Source: a virus
Taxonomy: Duplodnaviria > Caudoviricetes
Length of the DNA: 37,938 nucleotides
Virus record (IMG/VR): IMGVR_UViG_3300030060_004988
Span: 1 to 37,938 of that record
Reading direction: 5' to 3' (one strand)
Made by a program: the position numbers and the translations under genes. The first letter of the stretch is position 1; each line of letters opens with the position of its first letter. This document shows positions 16,959 through 26,190 of the stretch, in pieces. The notes beneath the pieces were generated by a model. It was not told the origin of the DNA. It did not search any database and saw nothing but the letters and a program-made list of their open reading frames with translations.

Positions 16959-19051
16959 GATCTTGGTGCTCCTCTTCGGTTTGATCTCATGACTTTTGTT
17001 ACACGATCAGCAAGCGCTTGTTCAGCTGCTCTTTTTGTATCATACACGACAGCCCCAGAAAAGTTAACATTAAAGACCATGCTTGAGCTTGTCGCCTCTT
17101 CACGTTGTGTCATGGATGAGGTTTGAGGAGATCCACTTGGTGACATCCCACCACCACCACCACCAAACGAACCACCACCGCCACCACCACCGAGAGCACT
17201 TGAAGCGGCACCAGCCGCAACGGCCGCCGCACCAAAAGCACCAGCGGCGGCAAAGTGATTTGTTGCTCCTGCTGGATTGATGAATAAAGCGGCAATTCCT
17301 TTTGCTGTCTCCATGAGTGACTCGACACCAGCTTGCTTTGCTAAGGCTTGAAGAACCAATGAAGTTGAATTCTTGAATGACTCACCCATGAGCATGGCAC
17401 CAACGGCCGCTTCAGCAAATCCCTTACCCATATCTGCAAACATGTCTTTGAACTTTAATTTCATTTCATCAGTTTCACGGTTCAAAGCCTTCAAGAACTC
17501 AATCGAAAATCTTCTTTGCAGTTCTTGCTTTCGCTCCTCATTGTCTTGAGCAAGCCTCAACTCTTCATCATGCTTCACTTGCAACATTAATAATTCTCTT
17601 TGTGTCTGATCTTCAATTTGTTGAATCTCAAAGTTTAAAGTCTCAAGTGCAAAGGATCGACGTTGCTCTTCAATTTGTTTTTCTTCTTGAAGTCTTTGTT
17701 GTTCAGCTTGTCGATTGATGGCTGTGACCTCATTCTCAAAGGATAGCCTTGCAATCAGTTGTTGATTTAGGTTTCGACCTGCAAGTTTTTTGGCAGTGTC
17801 AAATCGGTGTCTTGCAAGTTGGATTTGTTTTAATGTTGAATCTTCCTCGGCTTCAAGTTGGAGCTGTCTGATTCTTGCTCCTTCTGTCATCCTCCTAAGT
17901 TCCGCTTGCTTCTCTTTTTGAAGTCGTGCCATTCTTGCCGCTTCCATTCTTTGGGCTTCCTGGCTTCTCTTCTCTGATGCCGCTTTTCTTTTCTCATTGA
18001 TTTCATCAATTGCTTTTTGAGTCTCAAAGACTTCTCTTCTGTTAGCAACCCTTTTCTCATCAATTAATTTAATTGCAAGCTCGAGGTTTTGATTCTGTTC
18101 AAGTAAAGCTTTGGCGTTCTCTTTGTTGCTTTCAGCTTGGATCAATGCTCTCTTTGTGTCTGCTTCAATTTGAATTGATGTGAGCTTGAATTGGTCCTCT
18201 GACTTCTTAGTCTCTAAGTCTGCCAGCACTAAACCCTTGAGCTTCTCTGCATTCTCTTTTACTTTACCAAGTAAGAATTCAGCAGACCTCTCCTCAAGTC
18301 CTTTGTATATTTCTTCTGTCTCCTTTTCTCCTTTCATCACTTCTTTTTGTTCTACGCTTAACTTGTCATAAGATCGGCTGACAGCATCATTTTGCTTTGC
18401 TAGATTCTTTTGTGCTCGAGCAAGTCTTTGTGTTGCGGCTGACATGGCACTGATATCATCATGTTGCTCTTTGAATACTTTGTTTTGATTTGCCGTTGCT
18501 TCTCTTAGTTCTTTAGTTGCTAGATGTAATTTAGCATAACTTTTAAAAAGCTTTTCTTGTGCTGTCTGAAGCTTTTCTTTTGAGAACTGCACTCTTGAAT
18601 TCATTAAAGCAAAAGTTTTCATTTCCTTGTTAGCCGGAACAACTCCCTTCTCAGCTAATGCCTCTAGCTTACTTTGTAAGTCACCAGCCGCCGCCGCCAT
18701 GGCTGATTGATTCTCTTCAGCTTCTTGAGCTGCTCCACTTATCATTTTAAATGTTTCAAATAAAGCAAACCCAGCAGTTGCAACCATCCCAAGGGGACCA
18801 AGTAAACCGAGCAGTCCTTTTGATCCAACTTGCCCAACGTTCTTAATGCCTGCTTTCAACTCTCCAAAACTGTCAACAATCCCAAAGACTGATTCACCAA
18901 CGCCGGCAAGACCTTCACCGAGCTTCTCATTTGTCGCCCCCATGGTTTCACTCAGTGCTTTGCCTGCATTCCCTATTTCACTGAATCCTTCTCTGATGTC
19001 TTTGGTTCCTGTCAGCTCGACATCAATCTCTATTGTTCCACCATTAGCCAT
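16955..19051 (-). CDS. Tail tape measure protein
   Basis: Long Ala/Gln/Glu/Lys helical protein with a Gly-rich C-terminal linker, following the chaperone genes. GGAG before ATG 19051. Confidence 0.9.
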   Translation of the reverse strand: MANGGTIEIDVELTGTKDIREGFSEIGNAGKALSETMGATNEKLGEGLAGVGESVFGIVDSFGELKAGIKNVGQVGSKGLLGLLGPLGMVATAGFALFETFKMISGAAQEAEENQSAMAAAAGDLQSKLEALAEKGVVPANKEMKTFALMNSRVQFSKEKLQTAQEKLFKSYAKLHLATKELREATANQNKVFKEQHDDISAMSAATQRLARAQKNLAKQNDAVSRSYDKLSVEQKEVMKGEKETEEIYKGLEERSAEFLLGKVKENAEKLKGLVLADLETKKSEDQFKLTSIQIEADTKRALIQAESNKENAKALLEQNQNLELAIKLIDEKRVANRREVFETQKAIDEINEKRKAASEKRSQEAQRMEAARMARLQKEKQAELRRMTEGARIRQLQLEAEEDSTLKQIQLARHRFDTAKKLAGRNLNQQLIARLSFENEVTAINRQAEQQRLQEEKQIEEQRRSFALETLNFEIQQIEDQTQRELLMLQVKHDEELRLAQDNEERKQELQRRFSIEFLKALNRETDEMKLKFKDMFADMGKGFAEAAVGAMLMGESFKNSTSLVLQALAKQAGVESLMETAKGIAALFINPAGATNHFAAAGAFGAAAVAAGAASSALGGGGGGGSFGGGGGGMSPSGSPQTSSMTQREEATSSSMVFNVNFSGAVVYDTKRAAEQALADRVTKVMRSNRRGAPRS

Positions 19052-19056
19052 GAGAA

Positions 19057-19469
19057 TCACTCCTTCATGTGTTGCTCGTGTTGACGTGCAATCATTTGAT
19101 TTTGATTATATTCTATTATCTCAAGACTTTCAATGATTGCGCATGTTGGGGAAGGATAGATGTCTTTCATTTCAATCAATCCTGTTTTGATTCGATTGTA
19201 ATTTGTGATAATTGAAGCAACCCGATTCATATCTGCAATGGGGCAAGATCTGATTTTAAGATCAGAGTATGCTTCTCCCGAGTTGGGTGCAACTCGATAT
19301 CCTGGCATATACAATCCGTGCTCATCTTTTCGCGCTTGTTGAAGACCTGCTTTGAATGGTCCACCACAATTTCCACGCCTTCTCCTCAAGTCTTTATTCT
19401 CTTGACATTGTGAGCAATCCCACCCCCTCCCCCTGCTGAAGGGGATCCATATGGAGGAGGCGAGCGCTA
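19057..19469 (-). CDS. Tail assembly chaperone, frameshifted (GT-like) C-terminal part
   Basis: The -1 frame is open from the slippery site (IALASSIWIPFSRGRGWDCSQC...) into ORF 19057-19389. Confidence 0.8.
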
Positions 19470-19979
19470 TTTTCCCGTGTCACCTGTCAAAGACACTCTT
19501 TGAATGTGCAAGACTAACTCGGTGATTGTTGTGATTCTCATGGAGTCAGGTCTGATCATTTGGATCATGTCAACCGTTGCAGGTTCTCCATTGATTGACA
19601 CAAGGGACTCTCGAATCATTTCAATGTATACTCGACTGATGTATGCTTCATAATCGGCATATGCTTCACGCTCATCAATTGGGAGTTCATGATGCCATCT
19701 TGCTTTGTCTCTTAAATCAGTTGGAGCTTCAACCCAAAGCAACCGGCCCAACTCACTTCTTGTATATGCACCGGCTCGAATCTCGGCTTGCTCTCGTTCA
19801 CTTGGTCCAAGTGGTTTAAGAGTGAATATAGTTGCATCACTTCCCACATCCTCAAGATGATTCATGTCACCTTCATTCAGATACTTACGACGTTGATCAT
19901 CATTGCAAGTCACTGAGCTGTCAGCAGTGACGACCACGTCAAAGGTTGATTCTGTGGATGTAAGAAAGTTGATAGCCAT
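19467..19979 (-). CDS. Tail assembly chaperone (G-like)
   Basis: Lies between the tail tube and tape measure genes and ends in GK at a slippery heptamer. Confidence 0.8.
   Translation of the reverse strand: MAINFLTSTESTFDVVVTADSSVTCNDDQRRKYLNEGDMNHLEDVGSDATIFTLKPLGPSEREQAEIRAGAYTRSELGRLLWVEAPTDLRDKARWHHELPIDEREAYADYEAYISRVYIEMIRESLVSINGEPATVDMIQMIRPDSMRITTITELVLHIQRVSLTGDTGK
19470..19476 (-). promoter_or_regulatory. Programmed -1 frameshift slippery site G GGA AAA
   Basis: ACG GGA AAA TAG at the end of the chaperone gene, with a GC-rich hairpin immediately 3'. Confidence 0.85.
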
Positions 19980-19983
19980 TTAA

Positions 19984-21285
19984 TTATACTCCAAGTGCAA
20001 TCCGAAAAGGTGAGCATCCTGCATTTGCTTCGTAAGCCGCTCCCCCATTGACATCTCCAGCATAACGAGATTGATTGTAAGTCAGAGTCTGACGAACGAT
20101 ATCATTACCACTAACATCATACTTCGATGGATCATTTGCAAGTTGAGCAGCAGGGATCATGATGGCACAACCTTCACCATCAGCCGAGGGGCCTGTACCT
20201 ACTAACACTTGGCGAACCGTTCTGTTGAAATAATCGTTTGCAATTGTTGTATTGACAGTTGACAAAGTCAAAGTCAGCTCAACATTTAAATCAGTGATCT
20301 CCATGTCAGACATTGCAAGGATTGATTCTGAATGACCAAGTGGTGTCAATGTATTTGTGACAGTCAAAGAGAAGTCTTCACAATCGACCGCGATTCTTGC
20401 AAGTTCGTCGGCTGATGTTGCATTGGTTAATGATGAAGGAGATCCACCACTGATCACAACATAAGAGTTTCTGAAGAAAGGAGGAGCACCTGTATTGTAA
20501 GTTGGCTCGATTGGACCAACTGCATTTCCATGATCATCTTGGATTAACGCTGATTGATATGTGAAGTCAGCCATCAATCTTCCATTGTCTAAACTAATAG
20601 CAAGACTTTCAAGAACGCATCCATAAGCATATGATCTGAAGTTCACGCCATCAACACGGAAGGTCAAAGAGTGCGTTCTTGTGCCTGTTGCAGTTCTTGA
20701 GCCAGGATACCACGTTTGAGTTCCTCGGATGTCCGGCGTTCCTGTGAATTGTGCAGAGAAGGCAGGAGATACGCTGATGTCAGTTCCACTCACTTCAGTG
20801 ATTGCACTATATTCAACAACACCTTTTATGATAGATGAAATCAAAGTTCCTGTGTCAGTCGCCGCAAATCCAGCCGCCGCAAAATTATTGACGTTTGTTA
20901 CTCCTGAAGCGGTAACATTTGCAACGCCTCCAACCTTAGTCAAGAAGCCAGCTCCCAAAAGCATGCCCAAATAGTTGGCATTGTAATTCGCTGCACTGCT
21001 TCCAATAGTGGTTAAGTCAACTCGAAGATTCACTTGTCCAGTTCTACGACGGACACGACTGCCACCACTGAACACGGTATCAGGTTCGGGAGGTACCATG
21101 TAAGAACCATCTCTTGCATCAGTTCTCTCACTTGCAACAACATCACCATAGATCAAGATAGGTTCTCTTTCACATGGGATTGATACATAAGAATATCCCG
21201 AGTTATCGGGTAAATTGTTGACGGTTGACAATGAACCAAAAGAAGATTCAATTGCAACACCTAGACTTCTATGTGTAACACTCAT
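19984..21285 (-). CDS. Major tail (tube) protein
   Basis: N-terminal AIESSFG, mid-protein SLTFRVDG...YGC and DFSLTVTN patterns. Synteny. Confidence 0.75.
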   Translation of the reverse strand: MSVTHRSLGVAIESSFGSLSTVNNLPDNSGYSYVSIPCEREPILIYGDVVASERTDARDGSYMVPPEPDTVFSGGSRVRRRTGQVNLRVDLTTIGSSAANYNANYLGMLLGAGFLTKVGGVANVTASGVTNVNNFAAAGFAATDTGTLISSIIKGVVEYSAITEVSGTDISVSPAFSAQFTGTPDIRGTQTWYPGSRTATGTRTHSLTFRVDGVNFRSYAYGCVLESLAISLDNGRLMADFTYQSALIQDDHGNAVGPIEPTYNTGAPPFFRNSYVVISGGSPSSLTNATSADELARIAVDCEDFSLTVTNTLTPLGHSESILAMSDMEITDLNVELTLTLSTVNTTIANDYFNRTVRQVLVGTGPSADGEGCAIMIPAAQLANDPSKYDVSGNDIVRQTLTYNQSRYAGDVNGGAAYEANAGCSPFRIALGV

Positions 21286-21749
21286 TATGCCTCCAAATAA
21301 AGCAGATCAAAAGGAACGATCAGCAAGTGACCAAGAATCTCACCAACATCATCAGTGATGAGTTCAGCTCTTGATTGTGATGGTATCACTGAGACTATCC
21401 CAGTTGTATTAAAATCATATTGAGGACCTTTGATTGTATCAATCAACTTTCCTGAGTCCTCTGTCATCATGCGAATCTTGAAGCCTTGTTCTTTGGGAAC
21501 GGCATATCTCACATGGATCTCAACTGTCACTCGTTTTCTTCCACTCAAGCCAGCACTGCCATCATCCATTGCAAGACTTACAATTTCAAAAGCAAACTGG
21601 CGTTGACTTTGAAACCTTGTATTCAATGGAGATACAAGACCACTACCATCATTGATACAGACAAATCCCTGGTGAATGTCGGTCTTTGGGTCAATGGCTT
21701 CAATCATGTCTTTGAGCTTTGTGAGTGCTTTGAATATTCCTCGGCTCAT
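21285..21749 (-). CDS. Tail terminator-like protein
   Basis: Size and position immediately before the tail tube gene. Confidence 0.6.
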   Translation of the reverse strand: MSRGIFKALTKLKDMIEAIDPKTDIHQGFVCINDGSGLVSPLNTRFQSQRQFAFEIVSLAMDDGSAGLSGRKRVTVEIHVRYAVPKEQGFKIRMMTEDSGKLIDTIKGPQYDFNTTGIVSVIPSQSRAELITDDVGEILGHLLIVPFDLLYLEA

Positions 21750-22267
21750 GTTTTCCTCCCTAGTTTCTTGGAGATGTCAAAAGCAACGGCATTCACCAAA
21801 ACATCAATCTCACTGTCAGTCAATCCAATGAATGGTCTGACTCTGTGTACTTCATATCCATAATGCTGAACATGCTTTGTCAATCCGATTCTGAAACGAG
21901 TGTCAGTTGCTTCAAGTACAACAAGGTTATTCATGAGTTGACCACTTAGAACAAGATCAACTTCAGCCGTCTTCCCTTGTCCTCCTTGGCGCTTCCTCGA
22001 ATCATTCTTATATTGCTTATATCCTCCATCATAATAGATGGACTTACCTGTGCGAGAAACTCTTGTTCCTCCCTTGGGCTTGAGTCGAGCACCTTTGAAA
22101 GATACATACATGGGTTTTGTTGAGTACTTCTTGAACTTCCCCCCATTGGATGATAGGCCCTTCATGGTTCGACGCTTGACAGTTGCAACGGTATTCAATG
22201 CAACTGTCTTTGTGTCTTTGGCAGACCAGACATTTTGAGGAAGATTCAACTTGAGCTTGACTGACAT
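21746..22267 (-). CDS. Tail completion / virion morphogenesis protein
   Basis: Basic protein with VDLVLSGQLMNNL and RPFIGLT motifs (Mu gpG / P2 gpS-like). Confidence 0.75.
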   Translation of the reverse strand: MSVKLKLNLPQNVWSAKDTKTVALNTVATVKRRTMKGLSSNGGKFKKYSTKPMYVSFKGARLKPKGGTRVSRTGKSIYYDGGYKQYKNDSRKRQGGQGKTAEVDLVLSGQLMNNLVVLEATDTRFRIGLTKHVQHYGYEVHRVRPFIGLTDSEIDVLVNAVAFDISKKLGRKT

Positions 22268-23220
22268 TAGTGCCTCATCGATCTCGATGGGGTGAAGTCT
22301 TTGTCATACTCTGTCTTGTTGTAAGACTTCCAACTTGCACGAAAGTCAGTTGACTTTCCACCCTGTTTTTCAAGATCAATCTCACCATCATCAATCACTC
22401 CATCACCATCAAGATCGAGGTCAACTGATCGCAAAGCCAAATCCATCAACTCCATACATCTTGATCTCATAGCATCCGACGCATCAAGTTGAAGATTCAT
22501 TTCATAGATTCTTGCCGCCGTGCAATATGCATGACAAAGCTGGAATGATTCAGCGTTGAAGATCTCATCTTCTGTCACATTGGAAGTTGATAATCGATCT
22601 CTTAACATCAAAGATAATTCATCAAGTGATGCTTTGATTTGTGGAGCAAAGTCTGATTGTCTTCTTGGTATCATGTCAGCAAGTGGAGCAAAACGATTGA
22701 CAAAAGTATCATGATCGAGGCCGGTGTCAAAAGGTCGAGGAGTAACTTTGATCACCCCCTTGTCCAACTTGGATAAATTGTTTTGTCCAAGATCAGCAGT
22801 ATATGAAACTAAGTATTGAAAAGTTCCGCTGACTGCTGTGACATTGGCTGATGATGCTGTCACATACCACATTGCAAACTCGATTGTTGCACTTGATGAC
22901 AAGTCAATCTCACGTGGTAAGGGTTCGGCAAGGATGGCAGTTGTTCCAACAATCCGAACGATCTTGATTGAGTACCAGGCATCACCATTTGTTTTGAGGA
23001 ATGCAAAGACTTGATCTCTCTCAAGAGAATCAGAACTTGCAATTGTCAAAGTCCTTCTGTCGTTTCCAATCGCAGTCACTGAGATGTCTGATCTTGAATG
23101 AGTCAAGTTCGTTGTGATATCACTGGCAACTTTGAAGGTGATGGAAGGAGTGCCATTCAAAGGGGATGGTGAGTTCCACTCGAACAAATGATTTTGACCT
23201 GTCATGAGTTTTCTTATCAT
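22267..23220 (-). CDS. Head-tail adaptor-like protein
   Basis: Position in the neck region. Helical C-terminal half with a DLDGDGVIDDGE loop. Confidence 0.55.
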   Translation of the reverse strand: MIRKLMTGQNHLFEWNSPSPLNGTPSITFKVASDITTNLTHSRSDISVTAIGNDRRTLTIASSDSLERDQVFAFLKTNGDAWYSIKIVRIVGTTAILAEPLPREIDLSSSATIEFAMWYVTASSANVTAVSGTFQYLVSYTADLGQNNLSKLDKGVIKVTPRPFDTGLDHDTFVNRFAPLADMIPRRQSDFAPQIKASLDELSLMLRDRLSTSNVTEDEIFNAESFQLCHAYCTAARIYEMNLQLDASDAMRSRCMELMDLALRSVDLDLDGDGVIDDGEIDLEKQGGKSTDFRASWKSYNKTEYDKDFTPSRSMRH

Positions 23221-24119
23221 CTCTTTGCTCCTTTGTTTGCATCAGATATGTCTTTGGTGGTTGCTCGGTCGAGGCCTGCCGCTTTTAAAAATCCTTCACT
23301 GACAGGACTCCATGAATGACGGCAGTTGTACCCACCGCCGGCGGTCTTCACTGGCAACCCTTGTCGATTGTTGAGCTTCTTCATTTGCGATTCACTCACC
23401 ACTTTGTCAACGAGAGGAGAACAAAACTTTCTTGTTTCTCCATCAAGTGGACCAGTGTATAAATATAGATTCAAGCCAGCCTCATCAGCCATGGCCGCCG
23501 TGACACCTCGTCCATACATTGAAAGCTTTGTGTTGACTTCTGTGAGTTGTCTTCCTGTGGCTGACTTCATCTTTTGTGAAAGTGAAGAGATGGCCTGTGT
23601 CATTGGAACATCAACTGTCATTGCCACAAGTGACTCTTTGACACCACTTGCAACATTGGGGATGATCACATCATCAAATAATGTTTCAACCGCTGATGTC
23701 TGCATGATGTCAAGTTGTTGTTGGATTGGTGCAAGCCCAAGGTCGGGCTGAACAATCCTTGTCGTCTTCTCTACTGCTTGAGCTATTAAGTCAGCTTGCT
23801 CAATGAACTCGTCAATTGACAAGTCAAACCCCCCTCGAATAATGAAGTCAATCAACTGATCTCTATCAAGAGATAGGATTGTATTGGGGCTGCTTGCTGT
23901 CACTGCTGTCTCAAGTGTTTTTATAAATCTAGTCCTTGATTTATCAAGAACTGATTTCATTGATTTCTCTGCTTTGATCTGAGTCTTTAACTCGTTGATC
24001 TTTGATCTCGTAATTCGTGCGACATCACCACTTTGATTCTTGAGTTGCTTCTCAAGATCTTGAACAGCCAATTCATCGGCATCTTGTTCTGCGAGTAGTG
24101 TGGTTTGGGTGTCGCACAT
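23217..24119 (-). CDS. Minor head / head morphogenesis protein (SPP1 gp7 / Mu gpF-like)
   Basis: YTGPLDGETRKFC and GGYNCRHSW motifs. Confidence 0.8.
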   Translation of the reverse strand: MCDTQTTLLAEQDADELAVQDLEKQLKNQSGDVARITRSKINELKTQIKAEKSMKSVLDKSRTRFIKTLETAVTASSPNTILSLDRDQLIDFIIRGGFDLSIDEFIEQADLIAQAVEKTTRIVQPDLGLAPIQQQLDIMQTSAVETLFDDVIIPNVASGVKESLVAMTVDVPMTQAISSLSQKMKSATGRQLTEVNTKLSMYGRGVTAAMADEAGLNLYLYTGPLDGETRKFCSPLVDKVVSESQMKKLNNRQGLPVKTAGGGYNCRHSWSPVSEGFLKAAGLDRATTKDISDANKGAKR

Positions 24120-24126
24120 ATCAACC

Positions 24127-25131
24127 TTATGCTAAGCAGTCTGTAAGGATATATCCAAGAGTAGAATCAATTGCTTTGAATTGTTGTACTTCTTCAGCAT
24201 ATACATATCGACGGGTTGCATCAAGACTGTCATATTGACCAGCTTGCATTCCACCAAAGTCAAAGTTCAAAGCGGCAACAGGCATTCCTTTTACATTACC
24301 AGACTTTTGTACGATTGCGTCAGCACCCTTCATGATACCACAGAAGATTGTTTCAGTGTTCCAAATCTGTGCTTCACTTGAAGTTGCACCAGGTACAGCA
24401 GTCTCGCGACGAGCTTCACCAACATAAATGTTTGGAATACCCAAGATGTTACGAAGAACTTCTTTTGTTGCTTCTTCAGTCAAGATCATATTACCACTTG
24501 CAAGACCGTTTGCTACGCTTCCTGCATATCCACGAACCTCGGGATTACGAGCTAAAGCACGGAATACACCACGACCAAAAATTAATGTATCGGGATTGAT
24601 GCCATGAGCAGCCGCAAATACAAGATCCTTCAATTTGTCAAGACCAGTCAAAGCGTCAGTTCCTGCCGCGTCAACTTTGCCCAACATAACATTGGTGCAA
24701 ATATCATTTGAGAAGGAGGCTGTATCAAACATTAAGTCAGCAGCACGCTTCTCTTTTGCGAGCATCATGGCGCGGCGAACCTTGCGCACAATGCGAGCTT
24801 CTTCTCCGCCAGGATATTGAGAGTCAATGATGTCTTCCATTGCAATTGAATCTTGAGCAGAAAAGATCTTTGCTTTGAAGGTCAAAGATGTTCTGTCAAA
24901 ACTTCCAATGTTAGCACGACTTGCACCAGGAGCACGCTCAAGGTCAAGACCAACGCCTGCGCCCATGAAGTTACGGCTATTCTCAAGTAAGAAAGTACCA
25001 CTTCTTTCGGGGATTTTTACGTTCTCAAAGATTTGATTTGCAATGAGCTGATCATCTGAAGGCACAACCTCAGAAACTAGGCTGGTTAAAATCTGATCGA
25101 CTGGATGAATATTATTATATGAACTAGCCAT
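24127..25131 (-). CDS. Major capsid protein (lambda gpE-like)
   Basis: 334 aa following the protease and cement genes. VDQILT, IANQIF, E.RAA and PDTLIFG patterns. Confidence 0.85.
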   Translation of the reverse strand: MASSYNNIHPVDQILTSLVSEVVPSDDQLIANQIFENVKIPERSGTFLLENSRNFMGAGVGLDLERAPGASRANIGSFDRTSLTFKAKIFSAQDSIAMEDIIDSQYPGGEEARIVRKVRRAMMLAKEKRAADLMFDTASFSNDICTNVMLGKVDAAGTDALTGLDKLKDLVFAAAHGINPDTLIFGRGVFRALARNPEVRGYAGSVANGLASGNMILTEEATKEVLRNILGIPNIYVGEARRETAVPGATSSEAQIWNTETIFCGIMKGADAIVQKSGNVKGMPVAALNFDFGGMQAGQYDSLDATRRYVYAEEVQQFKAIDSTLGYILTDCLA

Positions 25132-25141
25132 GAGTCACTCC

Positions 25142-25528
25142 TTAAGCGTGTACGATTGTTGGACCAACGAATAGAACAGTGATTTGATCATTGTTAGCCG
25201 CTGAGGTTTGATTGATGTTAGGGATCATGCGACAAACTGCAAAATCACCAGCCGCCACAGTTTCAACTTTACCACCGCCAGTAGTGGCCTTTAAACGTGG
25301 ATCAGTACTTGCAGTGATTGCACCTCCTGCAATAGCTCGACTAATTCCAGAAACTACAACGTCAACCGGATCACCTGCTGAAGCGCCTCTTTGAGCGATA
25401 CCGACACAATTTTTATCAGTGCCATTTGTTGATACTTCAACTTTGCCTTGTGCGTTTACACTGACAATTTGAAATTCAGTGATAGTACCACCTGCAATGA
25501 ATGATTGAATAATTTGATTAGTAGCCAT
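25142..25528 (-). CDS. Capsid cement/decoration protein (DUF2190-like)
   Basis: VGIAQRGASAGDPVDVVVSG..AIAGGAI pattern, just upstream of the capsid gene. Confidence 0.8.
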   Translation of the reverse strand: MATNQIIQSFIAGGTITEFQIVSVNAQGKVEVSTNGTDKNCVGIAQRGASAGDPVDVVVSGISRAIAGGAITASTDPRLKATTGGGKVETVAAGDFAVCRMIPNINQTSAANNDQITVLFVGPTIVHA

Positions 25529-25530
25529 GA

Positions 25531-26190
25531 TTAACCTCCGAAAGCTTGACGGTAAAAGTCAGGTTGTTGTTCTCTAAATAAACTTAATGCATCACTATAG
25601 TTGATTGATTTCTCTTCAGCTAAGGCGCGCACTTTTTGGTCAAGAGTCTTTTTGCTGATCTCTTGTCCACTTGCTCCATGTCCAACTTCATTCAAAGGGA
25701 CGCTTGAATTGGATTGTCTTTCGCTGAACATTTGCCAGAACTCGGGTTGTAGTTCTTTGATGTTCCAGGCTTTGGAAGCAATGTCTTGTTCAGCTGGTGA
25801 AATCTTGCCTTCTCTTAATAAAGAGCTGACAGCCTCTTCACATTTGATTTTAGTATTTTCAGCTTCAAGCTTTTTGACAGACTCACGAAGAGCAACGACT
25901 TCATTTAACAAAGAAACATCTTGAGAGAATGATTCAGAAAGCTTTTGCTTTTTGTCTTCATATTCTACCATCTTCTCTTTCTTGTCATCGTCGTCTTTTT
26001 TCTCCATCATTTTCTCATCGTCGTCTTTTTCAGCAAGGTCTTTTTTGTCGTCCTCTTCTGCCATTGTTTCTTCTTCAACGAGTGATGAATCTTTGTCATC
26101 CATCATCTCTTTGATCTTGGCTTCGAGTTCTTTGACCATTGCATCTTTTGCTTCTAAAGCTGCTTTTAATTCTTTGATTTGATCATCCAT
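25531..26190 (-). CDS. Nested in-frame scaffolding protein (internal start)
   Basis: GAGGAG directly upstream of tandem ATGs at 26193/26190, at the protease/coiled-coil boundary. Confidence 0.6.
   Translation of the reverse strand: MDDQIKELKAALEAKDAMVKELEAKIKEMMDDKDSSLVEEETMAEEDDKKDLAEKDDDEKMMEKKDDDDKKEKMVEYEDKKQKLSESFSQDVSLLNEVVALRESVKKLEAENTKIKCEEAVSSLLREGKISPAEQDIASKAWNIKELQPEFWQMFSERQSNSSVPLNEVGHGASGQEISKKTLDQKVRALAEEKSINYSDALSLFREQQPDFYRQAFGG

Noticed and set aside
17148-17192. (CCA)n microsatellite as a phase-variation site
   Set aside because: It is an imperfect triplet run encoding the ordinary poly-Gly linker of the tape measure protein.
19057-19389. Independent gene starting at TTG 19389
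   Set aside because: The frame is open back to the slippery site and has no convincing RBS. It is better explained as the frameshift extension.
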